DNA from: Anaerovoracaceae bacterium
Lineage (GTDB): Bacteria; Bacillota; Clostridia; Peptostreptococcales; Anaerovoracaceae
NCBI GenBank assembly: GCA_041856085.1
Contig: JBHAFL010000122.1
Coordinates: forward strand, 1 to 49,248
Direction: 5' to 3'
DNA length: 49,248 nucleotides
Shown here: positions 37,186 through 46,016 of the stretch, piece after piece
Position numbering within the stretch: the first letter of the stretch is position 1
Layout: each line of letters starts with the position of its first letter
The notes under the pieces: generated by a model
Database searches by the model: none
What the model saw: only the letters and a program-made list of their open reading frames with translations
What the model was told of the DNA's origin: nothing
Made by a program: the position numbers and the translations under genes

Positions 37186-39450
37186 TTGAGGAAGTTTATT
37201 GTCATCTCTACAATATTGATAGTGCTGGGATACTACCTTTACAGCGCGTATTATGACTACGGCTTTTATGTGAGCCTTGCCCCTGACAGCGAGCCCGTGA
37301 CGTTCACGAAAGTATCGGGAAAAGACATTCTCCTTGATAGGGGAGAGGGATACGAGCCGTTCGAAATAAAGGGCGTAGACCTCGGCTCCGGCAAGCCCGG
37401 CGAGTGGTCGACGGACTTCGCTATTACGGAAGAGGAATACACGAGGTGGTTCGGTCAGATTAAGGCTATGGGCGCTAACACCATAAGGATATACACGGTT
37501 CAGCAGGATATTTTTTATAATGCCTTTTATGAGTTTAACAAAAAACTCACGGACGGCGGTGAAGAGCCTCTGTTTTTGATACAAGGCGTGTGGCTTAACG
37601 ACTACATTCAGTTTTCGCATCTCGACGCGTTTTCGAAAGAGTTCAAAAAACGCTTCATAACAGACGCTAAGGCTATGGTGGACGTAATCCACGGCAACAG
37701 GAGACTGTCCATCGGAAGACTCGCGAGCGCAGGCTCGGGCACATACAGCCGCGATATTTCGCAGTGGGTCATAGGCTATATATTGGGAGTGGAATGGGAG
37801 CCCGAAACGGTAGTCTATACCAACCAAATCAACCGAGAGAAGCGCGGCTACTCGGGCGAATATTTTTTTACCTCGGCTGACGCGAATCCTTTCGAGGTAA
37901 TGCTTGCCGAGGTATGCGACAGGGTGGTGGAGTTCGAAACCGAAAAATACGGGACTCAGAGGCTTGTCGCATTCTCGAACTGGCCTACGACAGACCCGTT
38001 TATTTATCCTCCCGTGTCGGATCTTCTCTTGGAAAAAACAGCTTTCGTGGACGCGGAGCACGTAATCGGCACCGATAAGCTCATATCCGGTCACTTCGCC
38101 TCATATCACGTCTACCCGTATTTTCCGGACTATTTAGCTGAGATAAAGAGATTCCGGACAGACGACGCAGGGGAAGCGGATAACCTCGTGGAGGATTTCG
38201 AGTATCAAAACAAGTTCTACCGTCACAGCCTGCTAAAGGCTCCCAATATAGAGGACTACATAAGAGAGGGCGATTATACGGATGGCGAAGGCAAGTTTAA
38301 TTCCTATCGCCCATACCTAAGCGCGCTTAACCGCTATCACGGTATCCCCGTCGTAATCTCGGAGTTCGGAGTATCGACGGGAAGAGGTATAGCCCAGCTT
38401 GAGAGGTACGGAAGCCGTAATCAGGGGCATATGAGCGAAAAAGAGCAGGGAATAGCGATAGTGGAATGCTATGAGGATATCAAGGCTGCGGGCTGCGCCG
38501 GCTCATGCATATTCTCGTGGCAGGACGAATGGTTCAAGCGAACATGGAACACGATGTACGCTATCAACATGAAGAGAAACCCTTACTGGTCCGACTATCA
38601 GACGAACGAGCAGTATTTCGGTCTGCTTTCGTTTGACCCCGGCAAAGAAAAAAGCGTGGCATATATCGACGGAGACGTAAGCGAATGGCGTGAAACGGAT
38701 AAGGTCATTTCTAACGAGACAGGTTCCGTTTCGCTAAAATACGATGAGAGATTCCTATACCTCTTAGTGACTAAAAAGGACCTGAGCCTCGGCAAAGATA
38801 AGCTCTACATACCTTTTGATATTACTCCGAAGTCGGGTACGCTCTACGCGGAGGAGTTCGGACTTAAGTTCGAAAGGCCCTGCGATTTTATTCTTTGCGT
38901 AGACGGAAGAGATAATACGCGTATAAAAGTCCATGAAAGATATGAAGCGCTCAGGTCGACATATTCCGAGTTTACGCACGGAATTAACACCTACGACAAG
39001 GATAATGTGCCGGATATAGATTCCCCTAAGTTCGTGGATATCAACCTTATTTTGAAGACTGACGATAACAGGTTCAGAAGCGAGCTTAATCCTGAGCCTA
39101 TTCTGTTCAACACGGGCAAGCTGAAATACGGCAACTCCAATCCTGAGGATAAGGACTTCGATTCCCTCGCGGATTTCATCGCCCGAGGCGACAATATGGA
39201 GATAAGGATAGCGTGGGAGCTTCTTAACTTCTCCGACCCGTCGAGAATGGAGATACATGACGACTACTATGCGGATAATTACGGCGTAAAATACATTTAC
39301 ATAAAAGAATTATTTGTCGGATTGACGGCAGACTCAGGCGGTGAAAGGCTCAGACTTGAGAAATTTCCTCTCAACGGCTGGAAAAACAATGTGACCTATC
39401 ACGAGAGGCTAAAGGATTCCTACTATAAGGTACGGGATATGTGGTCGTAA
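37186..39450 (+). CDS. Membrane-anchored glycoside-hydrolase-like (beta/alpha)8 protein with a large C-terminal extension
   Basis: The TTG at 37186 is 8 nt after AGGAGAG; the GTG at 37177 is an alternative. The TM anchor is FIVISTILIVLGYYLY. FEIKGVDLG, MGANTIRIYTV, ILGVEWEPE and IPVVISEFGVS resemble clan GH-A acid/base and nucleophile strands. The family assignment is uncertain. Confidence 0.6.
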   Translation: MRKFIVISTILIVLGYYLYSAYYDYGFYVSLAPDSEPVTFTKVSGKDILLDRGEGYEPFEIKGVDLGSGKPGEWSTDFAITEEEYTRWFGQIKAMGANTIRIYTVQQDIFYNAFYEFNKKLTDGGEEPLFLIQGVWLNDYIQFSHLDAFSKEFKKRFITDAKAMVDVIHGNRRLSIGRLASAGSGTYSRDISQWVIGYILGVEWEPETVVYTNQINREKRGYSGEYFFTSADANPFEVMLAEVCDRVVEFETEKYGTQRLVAFSNWPTTDPFIYPPVSDLLLEKTAFVDAEHVIGTDKLISGHFASYHVYPYFPDYLAEIKRFRTDDAGEADNLVEDFEYQNKFYRHSLLKAPNIEDYIREGDYTDGEGKFNSYRPYLSALNRYHGIPVVISEFGVSTGRGIAQLERYGSRNQGHMSEKEQGIAIVECYEDIKAAGCAGSCIFSWQDEWFKRTWNTMYAINMKRNPYWSDYQTNEQYFGLLSFDPGKEKSVAYIDGDVSEWRETDKVISNETGSVSLKYDERFLYLLVTKKDLSLGKDKLYIPFDITPKSGTLYAEEFGLKFERPCDFILCVDGRDNTRIKVHERYEALRSTYSEFTHGINTYDKDNVPDIDSPKFVDINLILKTDDNRFRSELNPEPILFNTGKLKYGNSNPEDKDFDSLADFIARGDNMEIRIAWELLNFSDPSRMEIHDDYYADNYGVKYIYIKELFVGLTADSGGERLRLEKFPLNGWKNNVTYHERLKDSYYKVRDMWS

Positions 39451-39481
39451 ACGAGGGAGAAATTAAAGGGGAACGGTAATA

Positions 39482-40600
39482 ATGAATGTCGAAAACATCA
39501 TATACATCTATCTTGCCATATCGCTGTCCCTTATCGCCTATAATATATGCTCGGCTCTGTTTTTTCATTACAGCAAGGAAAAAGCCGAACAAAAAAAGCG
39601 AAAGTACCGCGAGCTGATAGCGGAAGAAACGGACAGGTTATCGCGTGGTGAGAGCCTAAAAAAAGAAAATTACGATTACCTTAAAACCCGGCTCGCTCAT
39701 ATAAGAGAAATGGAGGCTTTCGACAGCGCTCTTGAAGAGGTCGAGGACGGCAATAACCCCCATATCGGGGAGTTTCTCAAGGAAGTCAGTGAAATCATCG
39801 TGGACTTAATGCCCGCATATTCCAAGTCTCGCGACGCGGAGAGGCTGACCTTCTTTCTTTACGAGCTGAAGCATCACCGTCTGCTCGAAAACAGCGCCTC
39901 GCCGGAGCTCCTCGACCGAATGGAGATAATAACGAGAAGAGACAGCCTCTATATGAGAGAGAACGCGCTGCAGGCGATATACAGCTCAGGCGACGCGGAG
40001 AGAGTCGTCAGGGTCTTTCGCTATATGGACAGGAACGAGATTAAGCATAACAGCAGGCTGCTCTCTGACGGGCTGGCGGGCTTCAAAGGGGATAAGGACA
40101 GACTTATAAAAGAATTTTTAAGCTGTTTCGACAGATTTTCGGCGCCGTACAGGGTGATAATCCTCAACTATATGAGGTACGCATCGGGAGACTATAAGGA
40201 AGAGGTGCTTGCAATACTCTCCGACGAAAAGCAGAACCGCGAAGTGAGATACAGCGCTATAAGGTATTTCGGCGAATACCGCTGCGATAAGGCGGAGCCC
40301 GTGCTGATTCGATTGGCTTCCGCAGAACAAAAAATGCACTGGGAATACAGGGCGATAGCTTCCAAGGCTCTAAGAAAATATAAAAGCAAGGCGGTTCTGG
40401 AGGTTCTGAAAAGAAATATGACCGACCCTAACTGGTATGTGAGATATAACTCCTCGGAAAGCCTTGCCGACCAGGGCTACGGCTATGTGAATATGGCGGA
40501 GGTCTTCGACTCGGAGGATAAGTACGCGATAGAAATGCTTCAATACAGGCTCGACCAGCGGGAGCTGAGAGAGGAGGACGAAAAATGTCAGATGGTTTAA
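39482..40600 (+). CDS. HEAT-repeat protein with an N-terminal TM helix
   Basis: The TM helix is IIYIYLAISLSLIAYNICSALFF. Repeated helical units follow, of the type ENALQAIYSSGD, REVRYSAIRYFGEY, WEYRAIASKALRKY and NWYVRYNSSESLADQG. Confidence 0.6.
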   Translation: MNVENIIYIYLAISLSLIAYNICSALFFHYSKEKAEQKKRKYRELIAEETDRLSRGESLKKENYDYLKTRLAHIREMEAFDSALEEVEDGNNPHIGEFLKEVSEIIVDLMPAYSKSRDAERLTFFLYELKHHRLLENSASPELLDRMEIITRRDSLYMRENALQAIYSSGDAERVVRVFRYMDRNEIKHNSRLLSDGLAGFKGDKDRLIKEFLSCFDRFSAPYRVIILNYMRYASGDYKEEVLAILSDEKQNREVRYSAIRYFGEYRCDKAEPVLIRLASAEQKMHWEYRAIASKALRKYKSKAVLEVLKRNMTDPNWYVRYNSSESLADQGYGYVNMAEVFDSEDKYAIEMLQYRLDQRELREEDEKCQMV

Positions 40601-42003
40601 CCTTTTACATTAAATATTTTCTTGACGGGATAAACTATTTTTTCGTGATATATCTTCTGCTCTACTCGACGTTTCTCTTTCTCTCGGTAATCATAGGAAC
40701 CGACGCCCTCTACAAAAAAAAGAGAGAGGAAAGGCTAAAGAACATCTTTGTCAACGATTACTATGTGCCGATTTCGGTAATCGTGCCGGCGTATAACGAA
40801 GAGGTTACTATAATCGATTCCGTAAAATCGCTTGTAAGCCTCAGCTACAAAAAATACGAGATAATAGTAGTAGACGACGGCTCAAGGGACGAAACGGCGG
40901 CGAAGATGATAGAGGAATTCCGTATGGGTCAGGTCAGGCGCCCCGTAAGGTACAGGGTTCCGTGCGAGGATATATTGGAGATATACGAGCGTGCGGCGGG
41001 AGAGGGCGTGAGATTGACTCTTGTCAGAAAGAAAAACGGCGGAAAAGCCGACGCGCTGAACGCGGGGATAAATATAGCGAAATATCCGTATTTTATATGC
41101 ATAGACGCGGATTCGGTTTTACAGACCGAGTCCCTCGCTAAAATAGCGGGACCTATGCTTGAAGATGAAGACGTTATCGCGGTAGGCGGGGCGGTGAGAC
41201 CGTCGAATGATGTAGTGCTTGAGGGCGGGAGAGTAGTTAAATACAGCCTGCCTAAAAAGCTCATACCGAGTATGCAGGTCTTCGAGTACGACCGAACCTT
41301 TTTAGCGAGCAGGATATTATTCGACAAGATTAACGGCGCGATGATAATATCGGGAGCTTTCGGTCTGTTCAAAAAAGAGATTGTAATTTCAGTGGGAGGA
41401 TACAGCAGGAGCACGGTCGGAGAGGATATGGAGCTTGTGGTTAAGCTCCACGAATATTGTCTTGCCAACGATATCCCGTACAAAATGAAGTATGCGACCG
41501 ACGCGATATGTTGGACCCAGGTTCCGGAGAAGCTCGACAATCTTATTAAGCAGAGGCGGCGGTGGCATATCGGACTGTTCCAGAGCCTTATAATGCACAG
41601 AAACATATTCCTGAACCCGAAGATGGGAGTAGTGGGTTTCATCTCTTACCTGTATTTCCTGTTTTTTGAGCTGCTCTCGCCTTATATAGAGGTGTTCGGG
41701 ACGCTGACGGTGCTTTTGGCATATATTCTCGATATGCTGAACGTCAGATTTATGGTGATATTTTTTATGATATATGTGATATTCGGAAGCGTTATGTCGC
41801 TGTCGTCATTTTTTGCACGGATTCACACGATAGACCTCAGCTTCGATGTCAGGGGCGTTTTTAAGGCGCTGTCGCTCTGCGCCGTTGAGATAACCGCTCT
41901 CCGGTTCATACTCGCCGCCACGAGGTTTATGTCGCTTATAAACTACCGCAGATCTAAACGCCGCTGGGGCGTCATAGACAGAAAAAAGATAAACATAAGC
42001 TAA
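40585..42003 (+). CDS. Processive family-2 glycosyltransferase (PgaC/IcaA/BcsA-like polysaccharide synthase)
   Basis: The N-terminal TM segments are followed by VIVPAYNEE, VVDDGSRDET, CIDADS, ISGAFGLFKK, GEDMEL and QRRRWHIG (the QxxRW motif). Several C-terminal TM helices follow. The gene overlaps the HEAT gene by 16 nt. Confidence 0.88.
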   Translation: MSDGLTFYIKYFLDGINYFFVIYLLLYSTFLFLSVIIGTDALYKKKREERLKNIFVNDYYVPISVIVPAYNEEVTIIDSVKSLVSLSYKKYEIIVVDDGSRDETAAKMIEEFRMGQVRRPVRYRVPCEDILEIYERAAGEGVRLTLVRKKNGGKADALNAGINIAKYPYFICIDADSVLQTESLAKIAGPMLEDEDVIAVGGAVRPSNDVVLEGGRVVKYSLPKKLIPSMQVFEYDRTFLASRILFDKINGAMIISGAFGLFKKEIVISVGGYSRSTVGEDMELVVKLHEYCLANDIPYKMKYATDAICWTQVPEKLDNLIKQRRRWHIGLFQSLIMHRNIFLNPKMGVVGFISYLYFLFFELLSPYIEVFGTLTVLLAYILDMLNVRFMVIFFMIYVIFGSVMSLSSFFARIHTIDLSFDVRGVFKALSLCAVEITALRFILAATRFMSLINYRRSKRRWGVIDRKKINIS

Positions 42004-42038
42004 AAAAATAAACATAAGCAAAAAAGATAAGCATAAGC
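41982..42038 (+). repeat. Three tandem 19-bp units spanning the GT2 stop codon and the spacer to the next gene
   Basis: The units are AAAAAAGATAAACATAAGC (41982-42000), TAAAAAAATAAACATAAGC (42001-42019) and AAAAAAGATAAGCATAAGC (42020-42038). Confidence 0.9.
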
Positions 42039-42042
42039 TGAG

Positions 42043-43998
42043 ATGAAAAACTTTTTTTACCGAAACATCAAAAGAATAATGCCGACGGCGCTCATTATGT
42101 GTATATTTTTTGCACATAATGTTTCCTATGCGGTCGTAAGGTATACCGACAGGAGCTACGGGGAGTATGATTCGGTCTATATCGCAGGCAATCCCGATAT
42201 GTTCCCGTTCGAATACTATGACGAGGAAACGAAGACTATGAAGGGCGTGATACCCGAGATGATGAAGCGGGTGTCGAGAGAGACGGGTATCGACTTCATC
42301 TATGTGGGAGCGGGCAAGACCAACAGGCAGCACGGCGCAGCAAAAAACAGGCAGGCGGAGATTCTCACCTGCTATGTGCCGAGCGCTGAAACGGACGAAC
42401 ACCTTAAAAGCAAGGTAACGGTAACGAAACTCGGCGAGGACGCGAGCAAAGACATATACGTAGCTTTCACGGACATAGCGGACGATAAGCTCGTATCTGC
42501 CGTTACAAGAGAAATAAGCAGGCTGAGAGACGATGAAATTATGAAGCTCATCGTAAACGAGTCGGTATCCTCGAGGGGATATAAAATGCCTTTGGCATAT
42601 CGTATGATTATTATTCTCGCCGTAGAGATGGCTCTCGTGCTCCTGATTATTTTGACGGTGCTCCGAGGCGAAAATAAGAGAAGGGCGAATAATGAAAAAA
42701 ACAGGGACGAAGCGACGGGCATCGGCAATCGTATGTTTTTTAGGGAAAGATATGAGGAGAACATAAACGAAAACATCAGAAACCTCTATTACCTCGCCTA
42801 TATATCATTCGACCTCAAGCGCGTTAACAGCTATTACGGAGAGCAGGTCGCCGACAACGTCATAAGAAAAGCGGCGGAGATAATAACTCGAAACGTCCGC
42901 GAAAAGGAATTCGTGGCGAGACTGTACGGAGGGACATTCGGGCTGTGTTTCACCGCCAACAACGCCAACGAGGCGGGCGTGTTCATATCCTCACTGCTCG
43001 AATACCTGAATGAAATCGAAAAACAGGACGGGCTTTCGGAGGAGGGAAGTTTCCATGCCGGAATATATTATCTGGGGAATAAAGACTGGGCGATGGAGCG
43101 GGCGCTCTATTGCGCGGATAACGCGTGCAGGTACGCTAAGGATAATAATTTAAGCTATTTTCTCAGCACAGCCGAAAAAGAGGCGGAGACAGAAAAGGCG
43201 TGGAAGATAAACAGCGGCATTATGAGCGCCATAGAAAAAAATGAATTCCTGCCTTACATACAGTTCATAATCTCGCCTGAGAGCGGGGAGATGAAAGGCG
43301 CCGAAATGCTCTCAAGATGGAAGCATCCGACGGAGGGGCTGCTTAACCCCTATCGCTACATAGAAACCATGGAGAGAATGGGCTCAATAGTAGAGCTCGA
43401 TTACCATATCTTCGAGAATACCTGCCGCAGGCTGCAGGAGTGGGGAGACAGAAGCGACAGAGACTTCTTCGCTATATGTAACCTGAGGAAGCTTACCGTC
43501 TCCGAGAAAAATTTCACTGATAAAATAACCGAAATCTCAGACAGGTACAGCTTCAGACGTGAAAAACTGGTAATCGGCCTGGTCGAGGATATGCGGGAGC
43601 ACCTCATAGAGACGGTCAGCGAAAATATAGGAATATGCAGGAAGCTCGGATTCAGAATCATGGTCGACAATATCGGCTACGGAGCTTCCTCGCTCAGCGA
43701 TATATGCGAGCTGAAAGCGGATATGATGAGAATATCAAGAGATAAATTAGGAAAAGGAGGAGACCCCTCATGCCTTAATTTTATCAAGGCGATTGCGACT
43801 ATGGGGCATTCTCTGGGTATGGAGGTGCTGCTCGACGGAGTGGAAAACGAGGAGTACGCCGAGCTTGCTGAAAAAATCGACTGCGACTATGTGCAGGGTG
43901 CGTTTTACGGCGTAGCGCTTCCGAGCAAGGAAATCGAGAGCTTCATTGCCGGGTATGAAAAACCCGAAAAAAACGGCAAAAGTCCGGTTAAAGCCTAA
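42043..43998 (+). CDS. Transmembrane sensor: extracytoplasmic SBP-like domain + degenerate GGDEF + degenerate EAL
   Basis: A signal/TM segment is followed by an SBP type-3-like domain (YIAGNPDMFPFEYYDEETKTMKGVIPEMM) and a second TM. The GGDEF domain has ATGIGNR but GGTFG in place of GGDEF. The EAL domain has EMLSRW, DNIGYGASS (for DDFGTGYSS), DGVEN (for EGVE) and VQG. Confidence 0.85.
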   Translation: MKNFFYRNIKRIMPTALIMCIFFAHNVSYAVVRYTDRSYGEYDSVYIAGNPDMFPFEYYDEETKTMKGVIPEMMKRVSRETGIDFIYVGAGKTNRQHGAAKNRQAEILTCYVPSAETDEHLKSKVTVTKLGEDASKDIYVAFTDIADDKLVSAVTREISRLRDDEIMKLIVNESVSSRGYKMPLAYRMIIILAVEMALVLLIILTVLRGENKRRANNEKNRDEATGIGNRMFFRERYEENINENIRNLYYLAYISFDLKRVNSYYGEQVADNVIRKAAEIITRNVREKEFVARLYGGTFGLCFTANNANEAGVFISSLLEYLNEIEKQDGLSEEGSFHAGIYYLGNKDWAMERALYCADNACRYAKDNNLSYFLSTAEKEAETEKAWKINSGIMSAIEKNEFLPYIQFIISPESGEMKGAEMLSRWKHPTEGLLNPYRYIETMERMGSIVELDYHIFENTCRRLQEWGDRSDRDFFAICNLRKLTVSEKNFTDKITEISDRYSFRREKLVIGLVEDMREHLIETVSENIGICRKLGFRIMVDNIGYGASSLSDICELKADMMRISRDKLGKGGDPSCLNFIKAIATMGHSLGMEVLLDGVENEEYAELAEKIDCDYVQGAFYGVALPSKEIESFIAGYEKPEKNGKSPVKA

Positions 43999-44074
43999 AT
44001 CGGCGTTACGGCGAGTACAGCGCATAATGTGATTATCGCTATTAAAAACACTGTCATTTAATACGAAAAACGGA

Positions 44075-44122
44075 AGCCCCCGCCTGTCGGATAATCACCG
44101 CCGACAGACAGGGGCTTTAATA
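44075..44122. terminator. Long imperfect hairpin between convergent genes (bidirectional terminator)
   Basis: AGCCCCCGCCTGTCGG (44075-44090) pairs with CCGACAGACAGGGGCT (44101-44116). It is flanked by an A-run on the left and a TTTAATAAAAAA tract on the right. Confidence 0.6.
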
Positions 44123-44144
44123 AAAAAGGCAAAATATTTCGAAA

Positions 44145-45545
44145 TTATTTAGTATCTCTGAAATGCTCCTTAACAGCCTTGACAACGACAGGACTCAGAA
44201 GCAGAACCGCAATCAGGTTAGGGATTGCCATGAGCCCGTTAAGAGTATCCGAGATATCCCATACGAGAGTAAGGTCGGCGACCGCGCCTGCGATAACAAC
44301 TAAGCAGAAGATTGCCTGATAAGGCACGATTGCCTTAGTTCCCAATATGAACTCGATACATCTCGTTCCGTAGAGAGCCCAGCCGAGAATGGTTGAAGTA
44401 GCGAACAGCAGAAGACCGATAGCGAGAATACTCGAACCTATTTTGTCGCCGAATACCGAAGAGAAGCCTTTAATAGCGGTTGCGGCGCCGGCAACGTCCT
44501 TGTTGCCGTAATTGCCGTCGGCTGCGCCCGAGCAGAGAACTACGAGAGCCGTGAGAGTGCATATAACGATAGTGTCCATAAACACCTCGAATATACCGTA
44601 GAGCCCCTGCATTACAGGATTCTTCTCGGAGGTGGCAGCGTGCGCGATAGGCGCGGAGCCTAAGCCTGCCTCGTTAGAGAATACGCCTCGTCCGATACCC
44701 TTGGTTATGGCGAGCTTGATGGATATTCCCACTGCTCCGCCGACTGCGGCCGTAGGGTTAAACGCACCCTTAAAAATCAGAGAAAATATGTGAGGAATGC
44801 TTCCGGCATTCACGACTACGACGATTACAGCGCAGACGATATATATCACAGCCATAAACGGTACGAGCTTCTCGGTAACCTGACCGATTCTCTTAAGACC
44901 GCCTATAAGCACGAGTCCGCAGAAGATTGCGACAACTATGCCGGTAACGAGTGAAATCACGAAAGTATGCTCCGCGGCAGCCGGATTAAAAGCCTTAGCT
45001 ACCGAGGTCACCGACGTCGCAATCGAGTTAATCTGCGAAATGTTGCCTATACCGAAAGCCGCCATAGCGCCGAGCACGGAGAAAATCACGCCGAGCCATC
45101 TCCAGTTCGAGCCAAGACCGTTTTTAATGTAGTACATAGGTCCGCCGACCCAGTCGCCCTTGTCATTTCTCTCTCTGTATCTTACAGCTAAGAAAACTTC
45201 CGAGAACTTGGTAACCATACCGAAGATTGCTGAAACCCACATCCAGAATACCGCTCCCGGACCTCCGAGAATAATCGCGCCGGTAACGCCGGCTATATTA
45301 CCTGTACCGACCGTGGAAGCAAGCGCCGTGGAAACAGCCTGAAACGGTGTGACCTCGCCCTGTCCCGCTTCGACCTTGGTGAAGATTTTACCGAGGGTAT
45401 TCTTCATGGTATAGCGGAATCTCGTAAACTGAGGGAAGCCCAGCCTGAGAGTCAGGTAGATACCGGTGCCTACTAAGAGAATCAGCATGTACGGTCCCCA
45501 AACGAATGAATTAATGACCGCGTTAATCTTTATTAAATTTTCCAT
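44145..45545 (-). CDS. Alanine/glycine:cation symporter (AGCS) family transporter
   Basis: The 466-aa polytopic protein has FVWGPYMLILLVGTGIYLT, PFQAVSTALASTVGTGNIAGV and GVFSNEAGLGSAPIAHA, all typical of AgcS. Confidence 0.9.
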   Translation of the reverse strand: MENLIKINAVINSFVWGPYMLILLVGTGIYLTLRLGFPQFTRFRYTMKNTLGKIFTKVEAGQGEVTPFQAVSTALASTVGTGNIAGVTGAIILGGPGAVFWMWVSAIFGMVTKFSEVFLAVRYRERNDKGDWVGGPMYYIKNGLGSNWRWLGVIFSVLGAMAAFGIGNISQINSIATSVTSVAKAFNPAAAEHTFVISLVTGIVVAIFCGLVLIGGLKRIGQVTEKLVPFMAVIYIVCAVIVVVVNAGSIPHIFSLIFKGAFNPTAAVGGAVGISIKLAITKGIGRGVFSNEAGLGSAPIAHAATSEKNPVMQGLYGIFEVFMDTIVICTLTALVVLCSGAADGNYGNKDVAGAATAIKGFSSVFGDKIGSSILAIGLLLFATSTILGWALYGTRCIEFILGTKAIVPYQAIFCLVVIAGAVADLTLVWDISDTLNGLMAIPNLIAVLLLSPVVVKAVKEHFRDTK

Positions 45546-45996
45546 ATAATTCCTCCTGCATCTCCAAATTTGGAAAACAAATAAAAAAAGAATAATTCCT
45601 ACGAAAAGATTTTATAAAAATATGAACGGCTTGTCAATATTTGCATTAATGTATACATATTCACAGGCGTAATCCACAGATAATTTAGTGAGAAAAAACA
45701 AAAAATACGGCGAATAATGGACTCATATAACAAAAAACACTCAAAAAAATAAAAAAACACTTTTTGTGCAATATATGTGATAATATCACAGAAGAAAAAT
45801 ATACTTCCGCGTATAATATAAAAAGATGATTTATGCACTGTATTATTCGTCGGGATTATTCACAGGGAAGCCTGAAATTACAGTTGAAGCTCACAATCAG
45901 CCTTAAACGTTGATTTTCGTGAAATTTTATCGGCTTGGCGTGCTTCGGAGAAAAACTGCGGGCTTGTGATAAATAGCTGCGCAGTTTGGCGGAAAC

Positions 45997-46016
45997 ATTG
46001 ACGCTAATTGACGCTA
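45997..46016 (+). repeat. Perfect tandem duplication ATTGACGCTA x2 upstream of the CoADR-fusion gene
   Basis: The two identical 10-mers lie at 45997-46006 and 46007-46016. An inverted GTGAA-N9-TTCAC follows at about 46024-46042. Confidence 0.8.

Noticed and set aside
37096-38094. 332-aa minus-strand ORF
   Set aside because: It lies entirely antisense to the well-supported CotH 3' end and the GH-like gene. Its translation is Arg/Ser/Leu-rich with no recognisable motifs, which is typical of a shadow ORF.
40929-41642. 237-aa minus-strand ORF, plus the ORFs at 41806-42402 and 42372-42776
   Set aside because: They are antisense to the GT2 and GGDEF-EAL genes, which carry clear family motifs. Their translations are low in complexity, so they are shadow ORFs.
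45599-45838. 79-aa minus-strand ORF in the AT-rich spacer
   Set aside because: Its Phe/Ile/Tyr-rich translation is what AT-rich non-coding DNA produces. It has no RBS and no motif.
45546-45900. Glycine riboswitch upstream of the AGCS transporter
   Set aside because: Reading the minus strand, I could not find the conserved GGAGAG ... CACCG/ACCGAAGG cores or paired aptamer organisation. The region is mostly A/T homopolymer-rich.
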